A stretch of DNA of 40,366 nt from Phoronis australis (taxonomy: Eukaryota; Animalia; Phoronida), in NCBI GenBank assembly GCA_002633005.1, contig NMRA01000060.1, positions 848,918 through 889,283 of the forward strand, written 5' to 3'. The notes beneath the pieces are model-generated. The model did no database searches, was not told the DNA's origin, and was given only the letters and a program-made list of their open reading frames with translations. Each line of letters begins with the position of its first letter. Within the stretch, counting starts at the first letter, position 1. This document shows positions 21,401-33,874 of this stretch, piece by piece. A program made the position numbers and the translations under genes.

Positions 21401-24103
21401 ACTATATTTTAGTTAGGTCCTAGCGTAGGTCCTAGCGTCAACTGAACGCACGCCCGGTATCGAGAGGCCTTATTCAGCCTGAGCTTGGTATCGACTGGTG
21501 GATTTAAATTCGTCATTGTGTCAGTTCTCATCAAGCTCAGAAAACACATTTCATCTGTTAAATGAGATCACATTTATAACGGTGAGTGGCCTAAAAGAAA
21601 ACTTGTCAAGGCCGAAAGAAAAGCAACCTATACGAAAAGGATGCTGAACCCTGTTTAATGATTTCCTCCAATCCTCGTTCTGCCACCTACATTGGCAATA
21701 AAATCTTCCAAGTTAAAGGCAGGTATCAATTAANCACCCGCGTGTTCGTGCATGCTTAGACGATAACAGTGAAGTGTTACTACACACCATGAGCAAACTT
21801 ATAGTCACGATTGACAATTAGTACATATAGTTCCAGCAAGTTTTGTTTGACAAGCGTTATCTTCGTTCTTCGCTCTGTCATGGGAAGTTTGGAGAAATAA
21901 ATGTAAGCATCATTGAGAATAGCCCTTGTAAGTCGTTGAAAGGCCTACATGTACAATGTGCTAAGCAAAAGCATTTATTCTCCATACTCATTGAAGTTGC
22001 TATGACTTGGAATTCCGACAAAGTTGTTAACTTTTCTTTTGGACCATTCACTGTTATAAAATTTTCGAAATGACAGTCACTTAATGTAAAAACGATTTCT
22101 GAGATTGGGTAGGAGTATAGTTTGTTTTTTGCTTGAGGCCTTTTTTAGCTTAAGACTGGTATCGAGAGGTCTTGTTGAGCATAAGACTGGTATCGAGAGG
22201 CCTTGTTCGGCCTAAGCCTGGTATCGAGAGGACTCGTTCATCCTAAGCCTATCTCCGGTTCAGTAACACTAGGACCTCGCTAAAAAGCAAGACTTCGCGA
22301 GATTACGTGAAATATTGCCGTGTATTTTAAATGAGAACACGTAACTTTGACTATATTTTAGTTAGGTCCTAGCGTAGGTCCTAGCGTCAACTGAACGCAC
22401 GCCCGGTATCGAGAGGCCTTATTCAGCCTGAGCTTGGTATCGACTGGTGGATTTAAATTCGTCATTGTGTCAGTTCTCATCAAGCTCAGAAAACACATTT
22501 CATCTGTTAAATGAGATCACATTTATAACGGTGAGTGGCCTAAAAGAAAACTTGTCAAGGCCGAAAGAAAAGCAACCTATACGAAAAGGATGCTGAACCC
22601 TGTTTAATGATTTCCTCCAATCCTCGTTCTGCCACCTACATTGGCAATAAAATCTTCCAAGTTAAAGGCAGGTATCAATTAAAAAACTCATAATCCCTAT
22701 GTCACCTGTTGAACATTATAGTCTATGGGGGGTGCTTTTTTCCCACTGACAGTTGCCTTGTAATTCACTAAAAGCGTAGGCCACGCTTGCCCGTTTAGCA
22801 GAAACTAAAACTAGGAGTTTTCAAATTTTCCTCTGAACTGTTGAGGATTTTTGTGGATTGCACAGTACTATTTTGTTTCAGATAACCAGATGGGAATGTT
22901 GTTTTTAGTATCTGTTAATAGGCCCAAAACGGGATTGGTATCCTCTTAAGGAAAAACTTCTCATGGAATTCGTTCTTTTCCTTGTGAGGAACGTGTCTAA
23001 GACTTATTTTAAGCATATCAAATCGATTTGGTGTACACAGTCTGTAACTTTTATAAAAAAGTTTTGCAATTACAAAATCGATGTATATGGAATCGATGAA
23101 AAACGCTATGCACAGGTCTTATATTATATTGATCATTCCGTAAGCTTTGGCAACAAGATGATTCCGGTGAACCATGTCGTTTCCGGAAAGTGTTTTGGTT
23201 GAGGTGTAAAGAATACTTTGTCTTGTATACATCACTCCCATGCTTTTCAAAGAGTTATCCTCCTACAGGCATCGTTCTTGTTTCGTTTTCAAAAAACTTA
23301 TCCGTCCACACGAATAAGTTAAAACGATCGCAAAGCCAATTTTTGTGCGTTTTCAAAGTTGCGAATACGGTAATCCGGTCGTGAGGTTAGCGTTTTCGAA
23401 AAGTTGCGTTTTCGCTGGTCAATACCAATAGTCAATACTATTTCAAGCTGATGGGAGAGCGTTTTCAAAAGTCTGCGTTTTAAATTGTCAAACTGTCCTT
23501 ACTTGTTTTTACGGACTCCGCTTCGTTGTCTTCAATACCATTGTGTTTTTTAAAGGAATAGGGTTTTAATTTTACGAATTCATTGGATACATGTATGTAC
23601 ATGTAGACGGAAGCCATATTCGTTGAACGAATCATCATGAATAATATTTTTTAGAAAACACTTCCGTTTATTTTTGAACTTTACAACTAAATCAATACTA
23701 ATGTGTTGTCAGTAATGTCTAACAACAAAGTTTCGAAAAGGAATTTCTACACGTACATGTATGTTTGTTGCCAACTAAATTGGTGCCAGTCTTACCAGCG
23801 TATAAAAACAATTATGGTAACGGAATGTGACGGAAAAATAATTGAATCCATCAAAACAGCACCAAAAGAGGGAATTTTAACATAATAAAAACCAAAGAAT
23901 AAATCACAGATTGCTCCTTAACTAAGAGTGCACAAAAGCTAGATTCCTCTGTACTTCTTCTAAAAGGGTTACTTACACCCTGTGCGCAGGTTCACGGAAT
24001 TTGCGGTAAGACACACACAAGAACCCCAGGCAGGATTGTCGCCAGATCCTAACGCCGCCAATGAAACGCCAAAAAGGCATAACATTACCACCGCACTCAA
24101 CAT
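18434..24103 (-). CDS. Secreted SH3b-domain + invertebrate (i)-type lysozyme (destabilase family), 231 aa. Exons: 24103-23977, 20805-20620, 20404-20343, 19144-19033, 18642-18434
   Basis: The spliced protein is MLSAVVMLCLFGVSLA (signal peptide), then CVCLTANSVNLRTGSCTNTRVVTTLSSGRCFKSLGSRHSNCGYVWFKVDYNGQPAWVAGNYL (SH3b-like), a Gly-rich linker, and KCLRCICQVEGC..CNWDVNSLSCGPYQIKNIYWLDC..WKSC..CSEKCVQAYMKRYGTYCTGGRTPTCQDYAKIHNGGPLGC..YWRKV. All introns are GT-AG with matching phases (696 nt). The exon 2 acceptor is AAG. Confidence 0.93.
21186..21495. repeat. 31-bp minisatellite interrupted by a MITE (also present in the duplicate copy)
   Basis: Unit approximately TAAGACTGGTATCGAGAGGCCTTGTTCGGCC, about 5 copies. 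The array resumes after the MITE at about 21455. Confidence 0.8.
21308..21455. mobile_element. MITE, same family as 36432-36550
   Basis: TIR GTTCAGTAACACTAGGAC / GTCCTAGCGTCAACTGAAC. The internal CTTCGCGAGATTACGTGA is shared with the 36432 copy. Confidence 0.75.
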
Positions 24104-25806
24104 CTTGTTTGTATATGCTACCTTCGAGTTAGAGTGTTTCAGATTCAATAGGTGATACGTGAATTGGCAGTAAGGTCATGCTGATATAGTTATCAAGTCG
24201 TGTGAATTTTTATGACTAAAACATCGATGGACGTTCTACAAAAATCTACAACATATTTGACTACAGAAGATGGCATATTCCTGAGCCGTCAACCGATATA
24301 CGTAAAATAAGAATTTACAGAGATTTCGACACAGCTTGGTTTTCGCAATCACCCCTTTAGCCTAGTCCGATGTTTTCAGTATTGATTCCGTCCAACAGGT
24401 AAGCTGGTTTCATCAACGGGTTGTACAATGATAATGGAAAATAATGCAGTGGTTCCGTACCAGGTTTGTTCTTTGGCTCTCGGAACGTTGTAATGTCAAC
24501 AAAGAAGTCAAATCCTTAAACCACATTGCAACAACCAGGAGTAGCCGTATATGCGTTTATTTTTAAGTATACTTGAAAGCCTGTTGTAGGTGACACTTGG
24601 GAAATTACGGAAAAATCCGGAATATAATCTCGAAAAATCCATAAGCGGGTATTTCGACAGCACAAAAACAAAACTGGTCATATTAAGGGAAGGAAGAACA
24701 TTAAGATGTTGGTGTCATTTGTCTAATAGAGATTAGACATATACATGTACATGTATGATGTCTTTCTCATTCCATTGTTTCATTAATATTGGCTTATCAA
24801 CTTCGATTGATGAATCATACTACTGTAGTAACATGTAATTCAGAGATGAATCGCAATCTGAGAAGACCTCTTTGATAGATTTTATGTCCAAAATTTGTTA
24901 ATTTTAGAAATTGTTTTATCAAAGTAGGCATTGCAAAAACATGCTAGCGTCTTTGCTTTTTCAGCTTTGTATGAAAATGTCAAGTGAAAAAAAAACGGAT
25001 CCATGCCAATTTCGTTCCTCCATGTACGAGTTCACACGTATGTTCAATCACCACTTTGTACTAAACTCCCAAATGAATTCGTAGTGAAGTAATTCTATAT
25101 TTTTGAAAGAGCTAACAGTAAACCAGAAAGAGAAAAGGAAAGATGAAGTTATTTTGGAGGCAAAACTGAATTATTTTCTGACAGGAAGGAAAGTTGTGAG
25201 TGCCGTTAGTTTTTATGTTGCTTTGTCTTAAGACGGCTCAAAACCATTTACTTATTGTAACTAGCGAGGATTTGATTGTTTCTGATAAACGTTCTTGTAA
25301 GTGTCTGCGAAAATTTATTGAAACTTGAAATTCATAGGAAACTCGTAAAAAAGCAAACTGAGTATGAAACTGATGGTTTGGTTAATTCTGATACTAGCTG
25401 AAAATAAACGTCATTGCCAAGCCCCACTTCAAGACGTTTGCCAGCGTGAATTAACCTTTAAAAAACTAATGTGTTGGAGAATCGTGACGTCGGTTGATGA
25501 AGTGAGCAACTTTCTTTCGTTTCCTTCCTAAAAACAAAATACAGATGCGTCGGTGAGAAGTGTAAGGGGTTGTGAAAAGGGCTATTTGGAAATTTGTGAC
25601 GACTGGCGCACGAAAATGTTGTCGACATTCGGACAGCAACATTTTTGTTCCATTGTTAAAGGCGGAATAAACCCTTGCCTTGTGTCAAAAACTCACCTCT
25701 TGATTCAGGTCGCTTACTATTTGTTACTCAAATTAAAATGATTTCTAAGCTTGAGTATAAATAAGAAGTTGTCATGTTGAGTTATTTGTCATCTAGGCAA
25801 TTTATT

Positions 25807-26128
25807 GTTATCAATTTCCAAATTCCAACAAAGAATAATAATGCAAAGACGTTGCTTTGCAAAGTCAATATTTATTCATCCATCAGGAAAGTTGATGATT
25901 TGACACTAGCATGTGGTTTTATAGCCACGTTATCTTAACCAACTTTAGACATATTGATAACGAATGATAGATCATGTCGAAGTGCACAGATTCAATAAGA
26001 ATGAGTTGGTTTAGCTAGTGAATTTGCAACATATCTTCACATGATTTTTGGACACTGGAACTTAGATGAGAGTTTACGTAAGGTAGCAAGGTAGGTCTAC
26101 ATTCGTTATCTTTCGTTTAGTATTATCA
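25807..26128. promoter_or_regulatory. Cluster of five WGATAA (GATA) motifs upstream of the FG-GAP gene
   Basis: Motifs at about 25807, 25929, 25955, 26105 and 26122, within about 375 bp of the ATG at 26182. Confidence 0.35.
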
Positions 26129-26181
26129 GCAAGAAGACTGTTGTATGAAGAATCGGTGCCTCGTGACTGAAAGAATTGGGA

Positions 26182-29100
26182 ATGCAGCTTCTGGCTATAC
26201 TTTGCTTAGTTTTCATGGTTTGTGTCGCAATACCACGAGTGCACTCACAATCTAACGTGACAATTGAGCTTTATGGCAAGCTCGACGTAGAAAATTCAGG
26301 ATTCGTAACTCTTTATCGGATTCCTCCAGTCAGAAAGACTAACTTTGAATCAAATTGGACGCTTCTGGTAGCTGCTTTTAACGCCGTGCCTTTTGCTAAG
26401 AGCAAGGTGTTCGCTGTTACAGATTTGAGTTCGAAAGTAGAGAACGTTTCAACACTACAGACCAGTCTTATTCAGCTGGCTGATAACTTGGCCTGGCCAA
26501 ACGAAGTGTCGGGGTTACCAGGTAGGTTAACGTCACGGCAGACCTTTTTGATTTCAATCCGCTTAGAGTCATTTCATTTCCTTTTTATGACAGGACGAGT
26601 TATCACCCCAAGGGAAACGACTGCTAGTTGTGTACTTCCTTCTTTTAGATTATAAAGTAAAATTGCCTTTAATACTTCGGAAACACTGAGCCGCTGCTTA
26701 TACCATCAATTTTGTGCCTCTTGCTTTTTTCTTAAAATCGCGTTCTTTCATGGCATAAAGTTCAAAACGTGTCCAACAATTTGTCAAAAAACATCGAACA
26801 TACAAACAAATTCTTTGAAATTAGGACCAAAACAGAAGTCATATTTACTTTTTGAATAGGTTGGATACGAAATAATTTCTCTGAAGCGTTTCTTTGATTC
26901 TGTATATTTAATGTGTTTACCAATCACTCAGGTATTAGTAACCATGGACTAGCTTAAACAAGTACATGTAGCCTGTCACGTAGAACACGATGTCGCTGCC
27001 TCGTTCATCGCGTATCTCATTGCAGTGTCTTCCCAGCTTTATGCCCGGCCCGTAGCTGTAGTACCGGGAGGTTTCATCGTCCCCACACACACAAATGGCG
27101 CAATTTCCCTCATCGACATCAGTTCAGGGCGTGTACCCGCCGCCATCGATATCAGTTCGGTTGATTCAGACACCACACAATGGTTCTATCACCGCGTCCT
27201 CTGGAAAGACATGAATGGCGACGGTCTGCTCGACGCAGTCACGTGCCGTGCACGACAACCGTTTCCTGGTGAGTAAGACTATAGCCATACCAGTAGGCAA
27301 TGCAAAGGTACATAGCTGAGACGGTCTATTCAGTGAAACATGGAGATAGTTCGCGAAGGTAGGCATGATGTAGCGAGTACGCCAATGTTGGATTTAGTCA
27401 AATAATTAAAGTAGCCTAGTTGATGTCATTGGTTGCGACGGGTAATCGCAAAAGTCAATGGACGTCACATGTCACGGAAGTATAGTCGCAAGCACATTGA
27501 ATGACTTTAATAAGCTGATCTCCTTACTGTATTGCTTCATGGAATATACTGGGAAATCTGGCACTAAGCCAAAGACAGTGCTTCAGAGATCCTGTTAGGG
27601 TTGTCTTTGTTTTTTAAATTGTTTTCGCGACCATTGTGTGTCGAAAGTTGCATTTTGAAGTTTGATTGTAAAAAGTTTCTGAATTTTTGATATATCAACA
27701 GTATATCAATAGTGGCCGCCCCCTTGACTACTTGAAGGTCGCTTGAAAATCGTACAACAGAGGCATTGTTTTATTATTATTACAGTTTTTTGGAATTAAT
27801 TAAGCAAAGTAAGTTTACTTTTCAAAATCTCAATCCTGGTTATGTAGGTTTTAGTACAGTGGGCCAGTTTGTATGGTTTGAAAACCCCGGGACCCCAGTG
27901 ATATCCCCCAGCTGGAAACCTCACGTGCTTGGAGCGGGACCAGATGTGTTCTTCACTAATGTCAGTCTCACCTTAAAAGATGTTACTTACGACTGCTTCG
28001 TTATGGCGCAGTTCTTCTCCAAGAAACTCTCTATTTACTGGACGACTGACAGCAAGAGACATTGGACTAACGCATCGAATGTGAGTCACCTGAATTACGG
28101 TGGATCATCCACAAAATAACGTGCCTTTAAGCTGCAACTTACCCCCACCAAAACAACTTTTGATTTAAACAAATTACAGTTATGAAATTGATCTTAAATT
28201 GGTCTTAAGTCAAATTTGATGTGATTTCACGGCTTCTAAAGAAACGACAATTCGTTATTACTTTAAACCATGCTCTATCTACAAATTGGCTTGTCACGGC
28301 GTGTCATTTTGGGCGACGATCATGGTGTCGAGAGATATTATAAACCTAAATTAATCAATTCTAACCTGATTGATGTGGCATAGAACGTGAAAAACAGACT
28401 AAAATCACCATTATTCAAAGTGGTTCGCTACCACTGAAACAAAACCAAACTGTTCAGCAGGTATTTTTACGTAAAACTTTTGAATTTCTATTGATGTCAA
28501 AGCATTTTTCCGTTAGTTGTCAATTTCAAAAGAAAAACGATTTGTCAACTGTTCGTTATTTCGTCAATTTATCTCCCACACCGGCAAAACAGACGTAGCG
28601 CACTTTCCTAATAAGGAAAACGTGGCCTCTGACCTCTTATGTAAACAGAACAATTGCGATTTCAAGCAGCAGCCGGTCCGACTTTATTGAGATCATGCGC
28701 GCATAAGTAATATTAGGGAGAAATTGAAAATTGTATTGGAAAGAAAGAATTCATAGTTCGTATGTGTTTCAAAAATTGTGAATCGGACGATTTTTTTCGA
28801 AATTCTTGCAATATTCACAGTGAATAAATCTCACGTTAGCATACCCTAGGAAGTAAATTCGCCATGACCTGTTTAAAAGTTGCTTTTTACAAGTTTTCAC
28901 GATCCATGTCTCTTTAAGGGTCAAGTTGAGACCAATTGTATAGTGGTAAATGGCCCAAATAAGAAGTTCGTTACTTGGATGGAATACGGGTTTATAGTCG
29001 CTTTAATGTGACATGTCTTTCACACTCACTACCTGCTTACTGAGCCATACAGAACGTGTTTCAAACGTTCCTATACCAAGATACAAAATACGTGTGAGTC

Positions 29101-30754
29101 TTAAACAGTTTTGCCAGGATTTCGCCAGCTGTCTGTTCCGTCTCTGTCTGTCGCTGGTGATCTCCCGTTTCCATTTGATGATAGAAACCACTATGGCCAA
29201 ACGTGTCACGGAAGTGCAATAATTCTGCGGAAATCAATGCATTTCACTAGTTAGTTGTTTTTTAACATATTGACTGGTTTTGAATTCTATGGAATTGAAA
29301 CTAGAAACAATTTTTCTTTCCACAAACTTGCATTTTTTCACAAACGTGTTTAGTTTACTGGCATTTGATTGGCAATGTTTCGCGCTTTTCTGGGGACAAC
29401 GATTATTTTCTCGCAGTGGTTGTTAGAGAATTCAAGAACATGCCACTTTGGGGATTTTTTACCTTGATGAAACAAAATGTGAAAATAAAAAATCCATTTA
29501 ATTTCATTCACATTTGTACAATACTGATGGGTATTCGTCCACAATCTCTGAATCTTCGGCGTAAAGTAATGCATTTCCGTGTTGCTCGTCCAACTTGACA
29601 GGTTCATTCACGTGTCATTGACGACAGCATCGGAAAACTGTTTGAAGTGAAAATCCTTGATTTGAATGGTGACGGTCGCCTGGACATCCTAGCCACAGTG
29701 AACGACGATAAGAACGGAACCATGTGGGCCTTTGAAATACCTGATGATTTCAGGTAGATAAGTTATTTGAGGTAGAAGTCAAGATATGTTATTTGAGATA
29801 CATGACTAGGTAAGTTATTTGTTTTAACAATTTTTAAAATTTTATTGCTTTCAACATCTAGTTTGAAGTTAACAAGGTGAACCGCCTCCATAATAATTCT
29901 AATTTGTGTGATTGAAGGTTGAGGGGAAGTACTGACAACAAAACTTATATTCACAGAACTGGCACTTTCAAACGCCACCTCCTTGCATCCGGGTATGCTC
30001 CCAAGCCGTCGATTATGCCTGGACGAGGAGCGCCTGGATCTCCCGCCATTTTGAGATTGCCCGGCATGTCAAGCAAGTGAGTTGTCTTACACAACAATAA
30101 TGATGACATAAGTAAATTAGCCTCTTTTCTCGCGGTATATTGGTCTCATCATGCGACCTATATTTAAGTCTGAAAAGATCTCTGTCACAACTGGGGTTCG
30201 AACCCGAGACTTTCTGCTGCACCACCGTGCACACTTACGTATAATATTTGCATATCAGTGCGCTGATTTATACATGAAAGTGCACAGTTAGATGAAAAAC
30301 GATGAGAAATTTTCACATCCTCCATTTCTTTCACATTTCAAAACACAAGTTAATAACAGAATGCCAAACCCCGCTATAAAAGTGCTTTGCTGTTTGAAGC
30401 TGTCGTAGTTGCCCAAATTGTCCATTGTTCGTTGAAGTACAGTGATTATTTCATAATTCACCAGAACAGTGATTGAGATCGCCGGCATTTGCACCCTAGT
30501 AATGGAGTGCCATGTTTGTGTTTTACAGACCTCATATACTTCTCTCTGGGGATGATGAGGGTTCCGTCACACTCTATACACCAGCTAGCAGGGATCCTAA
30601 CATCTGGGCCTACAACAGAAGAACACTGTTTAAGTCTACAGGCACGGTCGGTGAACTGGCTGTTGGTGATGTACAGGAGGATGGCTGGCCGGTCATGTTT
30701 GTGCCGACATACAATGAAGGGAAAGTGTACATTTACAAGTTCAAGAAAGCTTAA
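26182..30754 (+). CDS. Secreted FG-GAP/VCBS-repeat (integrin-alpha N-terminal-like beta-propeller) protein, 437 aa. Exons: 26182-26521, 27026-27268, 27848-28080, 29602-29753, 29957-30076, 30529-30754
   Basis: Signal peptide MQLLAILCLVFMVCVAIPRVHS. Ca-binding blade motifs WKDMNGDGLLDAV, ILDLNGDGRLDIL and VGDVQEDGWPVMFV, plus WPNE and FVWFENPG. GT-AG introns with consistent phases (1314 nt). Several N-glycosylation sequons. Confidence 0.9.
30170..30232 (-). mobile_element. tRNA-derived SINE fragment in intron 5 of the FG-GAP gene
   Basis: B box GGTTCGAACCC at about 30194-30204 in a tRNA T-arm-like context. Confidence 0.4.
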
Positions 30755-32245
30755 CTTGCAACGGAACGGCTTTTTTCACTCTAGTATGTGAAACTGAGTT
30801 ATTTGTGACTTTGCAAACAATGTGAATGTGAAAGGCTAAATCCGTGCAACACACCAACCACCTTTTAGTACAAATTAGGTTTAAAACAAGTGAGATTCAC
30901 ATGTGCATTTACTCATGTATCCATGCGACTCCGATCAGCTAATCACGAGTTAAGAGAGTTACTTGGTGAACTGGAGATAGTAATATAAGTCTATACATGT
31001 ATATACATACATATATATGTTCAGAACGTTTGGTGTTTCTATTAAAACATTACGAACTCCGGTGAAGCCATTTACACCTCACACAGCGCACACATTACAA
31101 AAGTAGCATTTTTAATTTTAAAATGGCAAATGAAATCCTGAATCAAAACTAGAGACAACCACTAAGCAGCATTTTCTATTAGCAAACAAACCGTCTTTCC
31201 CCCGAAGTCATTATAATGTTTTATTGACGTTCGGATTGTCTTGAACGAAACACTGAAATACGATTACCTTGTCTCACTCTGAATCAGTAGGTATAATATT
31301 GGTATCCGTGAGGAAAGAAATTTGTTAATGAGAAAAGAATTGTTGAGCAGAAATTCGTTTTGCCGCAGAACGTAAAGGAGAATTGTGTATCCGGCAAACG
31401 CCCCCTCAGATTAGTTGAAAAAATGCATCATTTTGATTGGTCGGAACAAACTTACACAAGCAAAAAGGGCCACTTCGCAATTTAAGTTATACATCTAATG
31501 AAGGTACATATAAAATGAAACTAGTTGCATTTAACAAAAACTTGAGCGGCGGCTAGTAAACTACTGATGTCATCATTCTAATCTACTGGAACTGGTGCAC
31601 GTGTTATAGCGCTTTGACGCAAGATAATTTTTGTCACGCGAGACCGCGTGATCTTAATGCATCCAACTCGATAACACACTTGCAGGTTCCCTGTGTGTAG
31701 ATAACACGCAGGTATCTTTCTGTAGTACGCGCTTTATCACTGGTTGATGTAACATCGGAAGTCATTGGTTAGCTTTACAACTAAGAAAGAAAATGGCGGA
31801 CTGTGAACGATTTTTGGGCTTGTCATGCAAGTGGCGTAACAGCAACTATTTCGATTCTGCAGTAAACCTTAATAGCCACGTGCTTGAAACACACACATGC
31901 ATAATAAATACACATCTGCCCGATATAACCGCAGCAACGTAAAAAAGTCAGCGACAGTAGAAAAATGCAATCCGAAAAGGCACAACCACAATTTTCTGGG
32001 ATTCACATTAAGCACTGGCCTGTCTGTACAGCAGACCACATTTACACTTCCGCATTTAGGCATGCCAGTTTGTTTTCGCAAAACGCTGTTTGTTGAGAAT
32101 ATTTGACAAGCCAATCAGAAACGGCAGTGTGGAAAAAATTCCCGAGGAAAATTAAATGATACCTGCGTGTGTTCTGCCTCCTAACGACACGCAGGGAACC
32201 AGCGAGGATAACACACTGTCTGTTGCGCAACTCATAACGAGGTAC

Positions 32246-32324
32246 ATGGGGGGACAGTAGGCTGGCGGGGGGGGGGCTACAGCCCCNGCTACAGCCCCAC
32301 TTTTTACAGTGCTGCGCCGCCCAT
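32246..32324. mobile_element. Short GC-rich MITE-like remnant with a GGGGCTACAGCCCC hairpin
   Basis: Imperfect ends CATGGGGGGACAG / CTGCGCCGCCCAT and an internal G-run plus palindrome. There is an N at 32287 with an 11-bp duplicated flank. Confidence 0.35.
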
Positions 32325-32432
32325 AATAATGCTTGAGTAAAACTTTCCAAACGTGGATATTGTGTACGGAAAATTGAAGCTTGTCAATGGCTGAACTGTT
32401 ACTTTGATTTATCACATAATCGTTTTTTGTTT

Positions 32433-33874
32433 TTAATGTTGCGGTAACATGCATTGTCGCAACAATATATGCCACAGCAGGTTTTGCAAAAATGTGTAAC
32501 GGTTGCGTTTTCAATGACCTATGAGCAAGATTACGGATTAAATAGAGTTGATTGAAAAACCAGTTCTTTAAATCAAAAACACGCCTGTTCTTTATTAACT
32601 TGCCAAGAACATTAGCTGTCTTTGTGCGCCATTTCCGGTTTTGACTGAGTTTCCAGTATTTTGGTTCTGAGAAACAAAACGTTATATCTGTCTTAGAAAC
32701 CGATTAATTGGCTTACAACACAAATTTGAAAATATAACTATGATGATGGCAAACGCGACACAGAATGCAAAGACATTTGAACCCCAAAAGACTATAGGCA
32801 GTCACCAGCCGGGTAGTTTTCAAACTAATGATAGTGGTCAGTGACGAAATGAAAGTAGCGATAGCTAGCAAGGAGTGTCCGGGATGGTGGAAATACGACA
32901 GATGGCATGTCCAGTTAGGTCCGAAGGCACTGATAAGACCAACTGCGATGGTTTATAAAGCCGATGCAGTGAGTGGCTTCGTCCCTTCACACTCTCTTGA
33001 CAAGGTAAGTGACACTAGCGATAAGCAAAAGCACACACGACTGGCTACAATCACCACCTTAATGTATTTACGGAGAAAGTAGCAGTTTTGAAAAATGCTA
33101 ACTCAAATTTCAAAGCGACACGGATAAGAGACTTGACAATCATTTTGCTCTTNTTAATGTTGCGGTAACATGCATTGTCGCAACAATATATGCCACAACA
33201 AGTTTTGCAAAAAATGTGTAACGGTTGCGTTTTCAATGACCTATGAGCAAGATTACGGATTAAATAGAGTTGATTGAAAAACCAGTTCTTTAAATCAAAA
33301 ACACGCCTGTTCTTTATTAACTTGCCAAGAACATTAGCTGTCTTTGTGCACCATTTCCGGTTTTGACTGAGTTTCCAGTATTTTGGTTCTGAGAAACAAA
33401 ACGTTATATCTGTCTTAGAAACTGATTAATTGGCTTACAACACAAATTTGAAAATATAACTATGATGATGGCAAACACGACACAGAATGCAAAGACATTT
33501 GAACCCCAAAAGACTATAGGCAGTCACCAGCCGGGTAGTTTTCAAACTAATGATAGTGGTCAGTGACGAAATGAAAGTAGCGATAGCTAGCAAGGAGTGT
33601 CCGGGATGGTGGAAACACGACAGATGGCATGTCCAGTTAGGTCCGAAGGCACTGATAAGACCAACTGCGATGGTTTATAAAGCCGATGCAGTGAGTGGCT
33701 TCGTCCCTTCACACTCTCTTGACAAGGTAAGTGACACTAGCGATAAGCAAAAGCACACACGACTGGCTACAATCACCACCTTAATGTATTTACGGAGAAA
33801 GTAGCAGTTTTGAAAAATGCTAACTCAAATTTCAAAGCGACACGGATAAGAGACTTGACAATCATTTTGCTCTT
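32433..33874. repeat. ~720-bp near-identical direct duplication joined by a single N (32433-33152 / 33154-33874)
   Basis: A few SNPs and a 1-nt indel separate the copies, with an N at 33153. Probably an assembly artefact. Confidence 0.9.

Larger units (their letters stand above)
20786..22682. repeat. 948-bp near-identical direct duplication joined by a single N (20786-21733 / 21735-22682)
   Basis: The copies differ by about 7 substitutions and there is an N at 21734. Probably an assembly overlap artefact. Confidence 0.9.

Noticed and set aside
20894-22073. Twin 76-aa ORFs
   Set aside because: They lie antisense within lysozyme intron 1, start at non-ATG codons and are doubled by the assembly overlap.
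28125-28917. Another TTAA-flanked element in FG-GAP intron 3
   Set aside because: Kolobok-like ends are present, but I could not pair them as convincing TIRs.
32828-33804. Twin 84-aa ORFs as duplicated genes
   Set aside because: They arise from the N-joined duplication and have no motifs or splice support.
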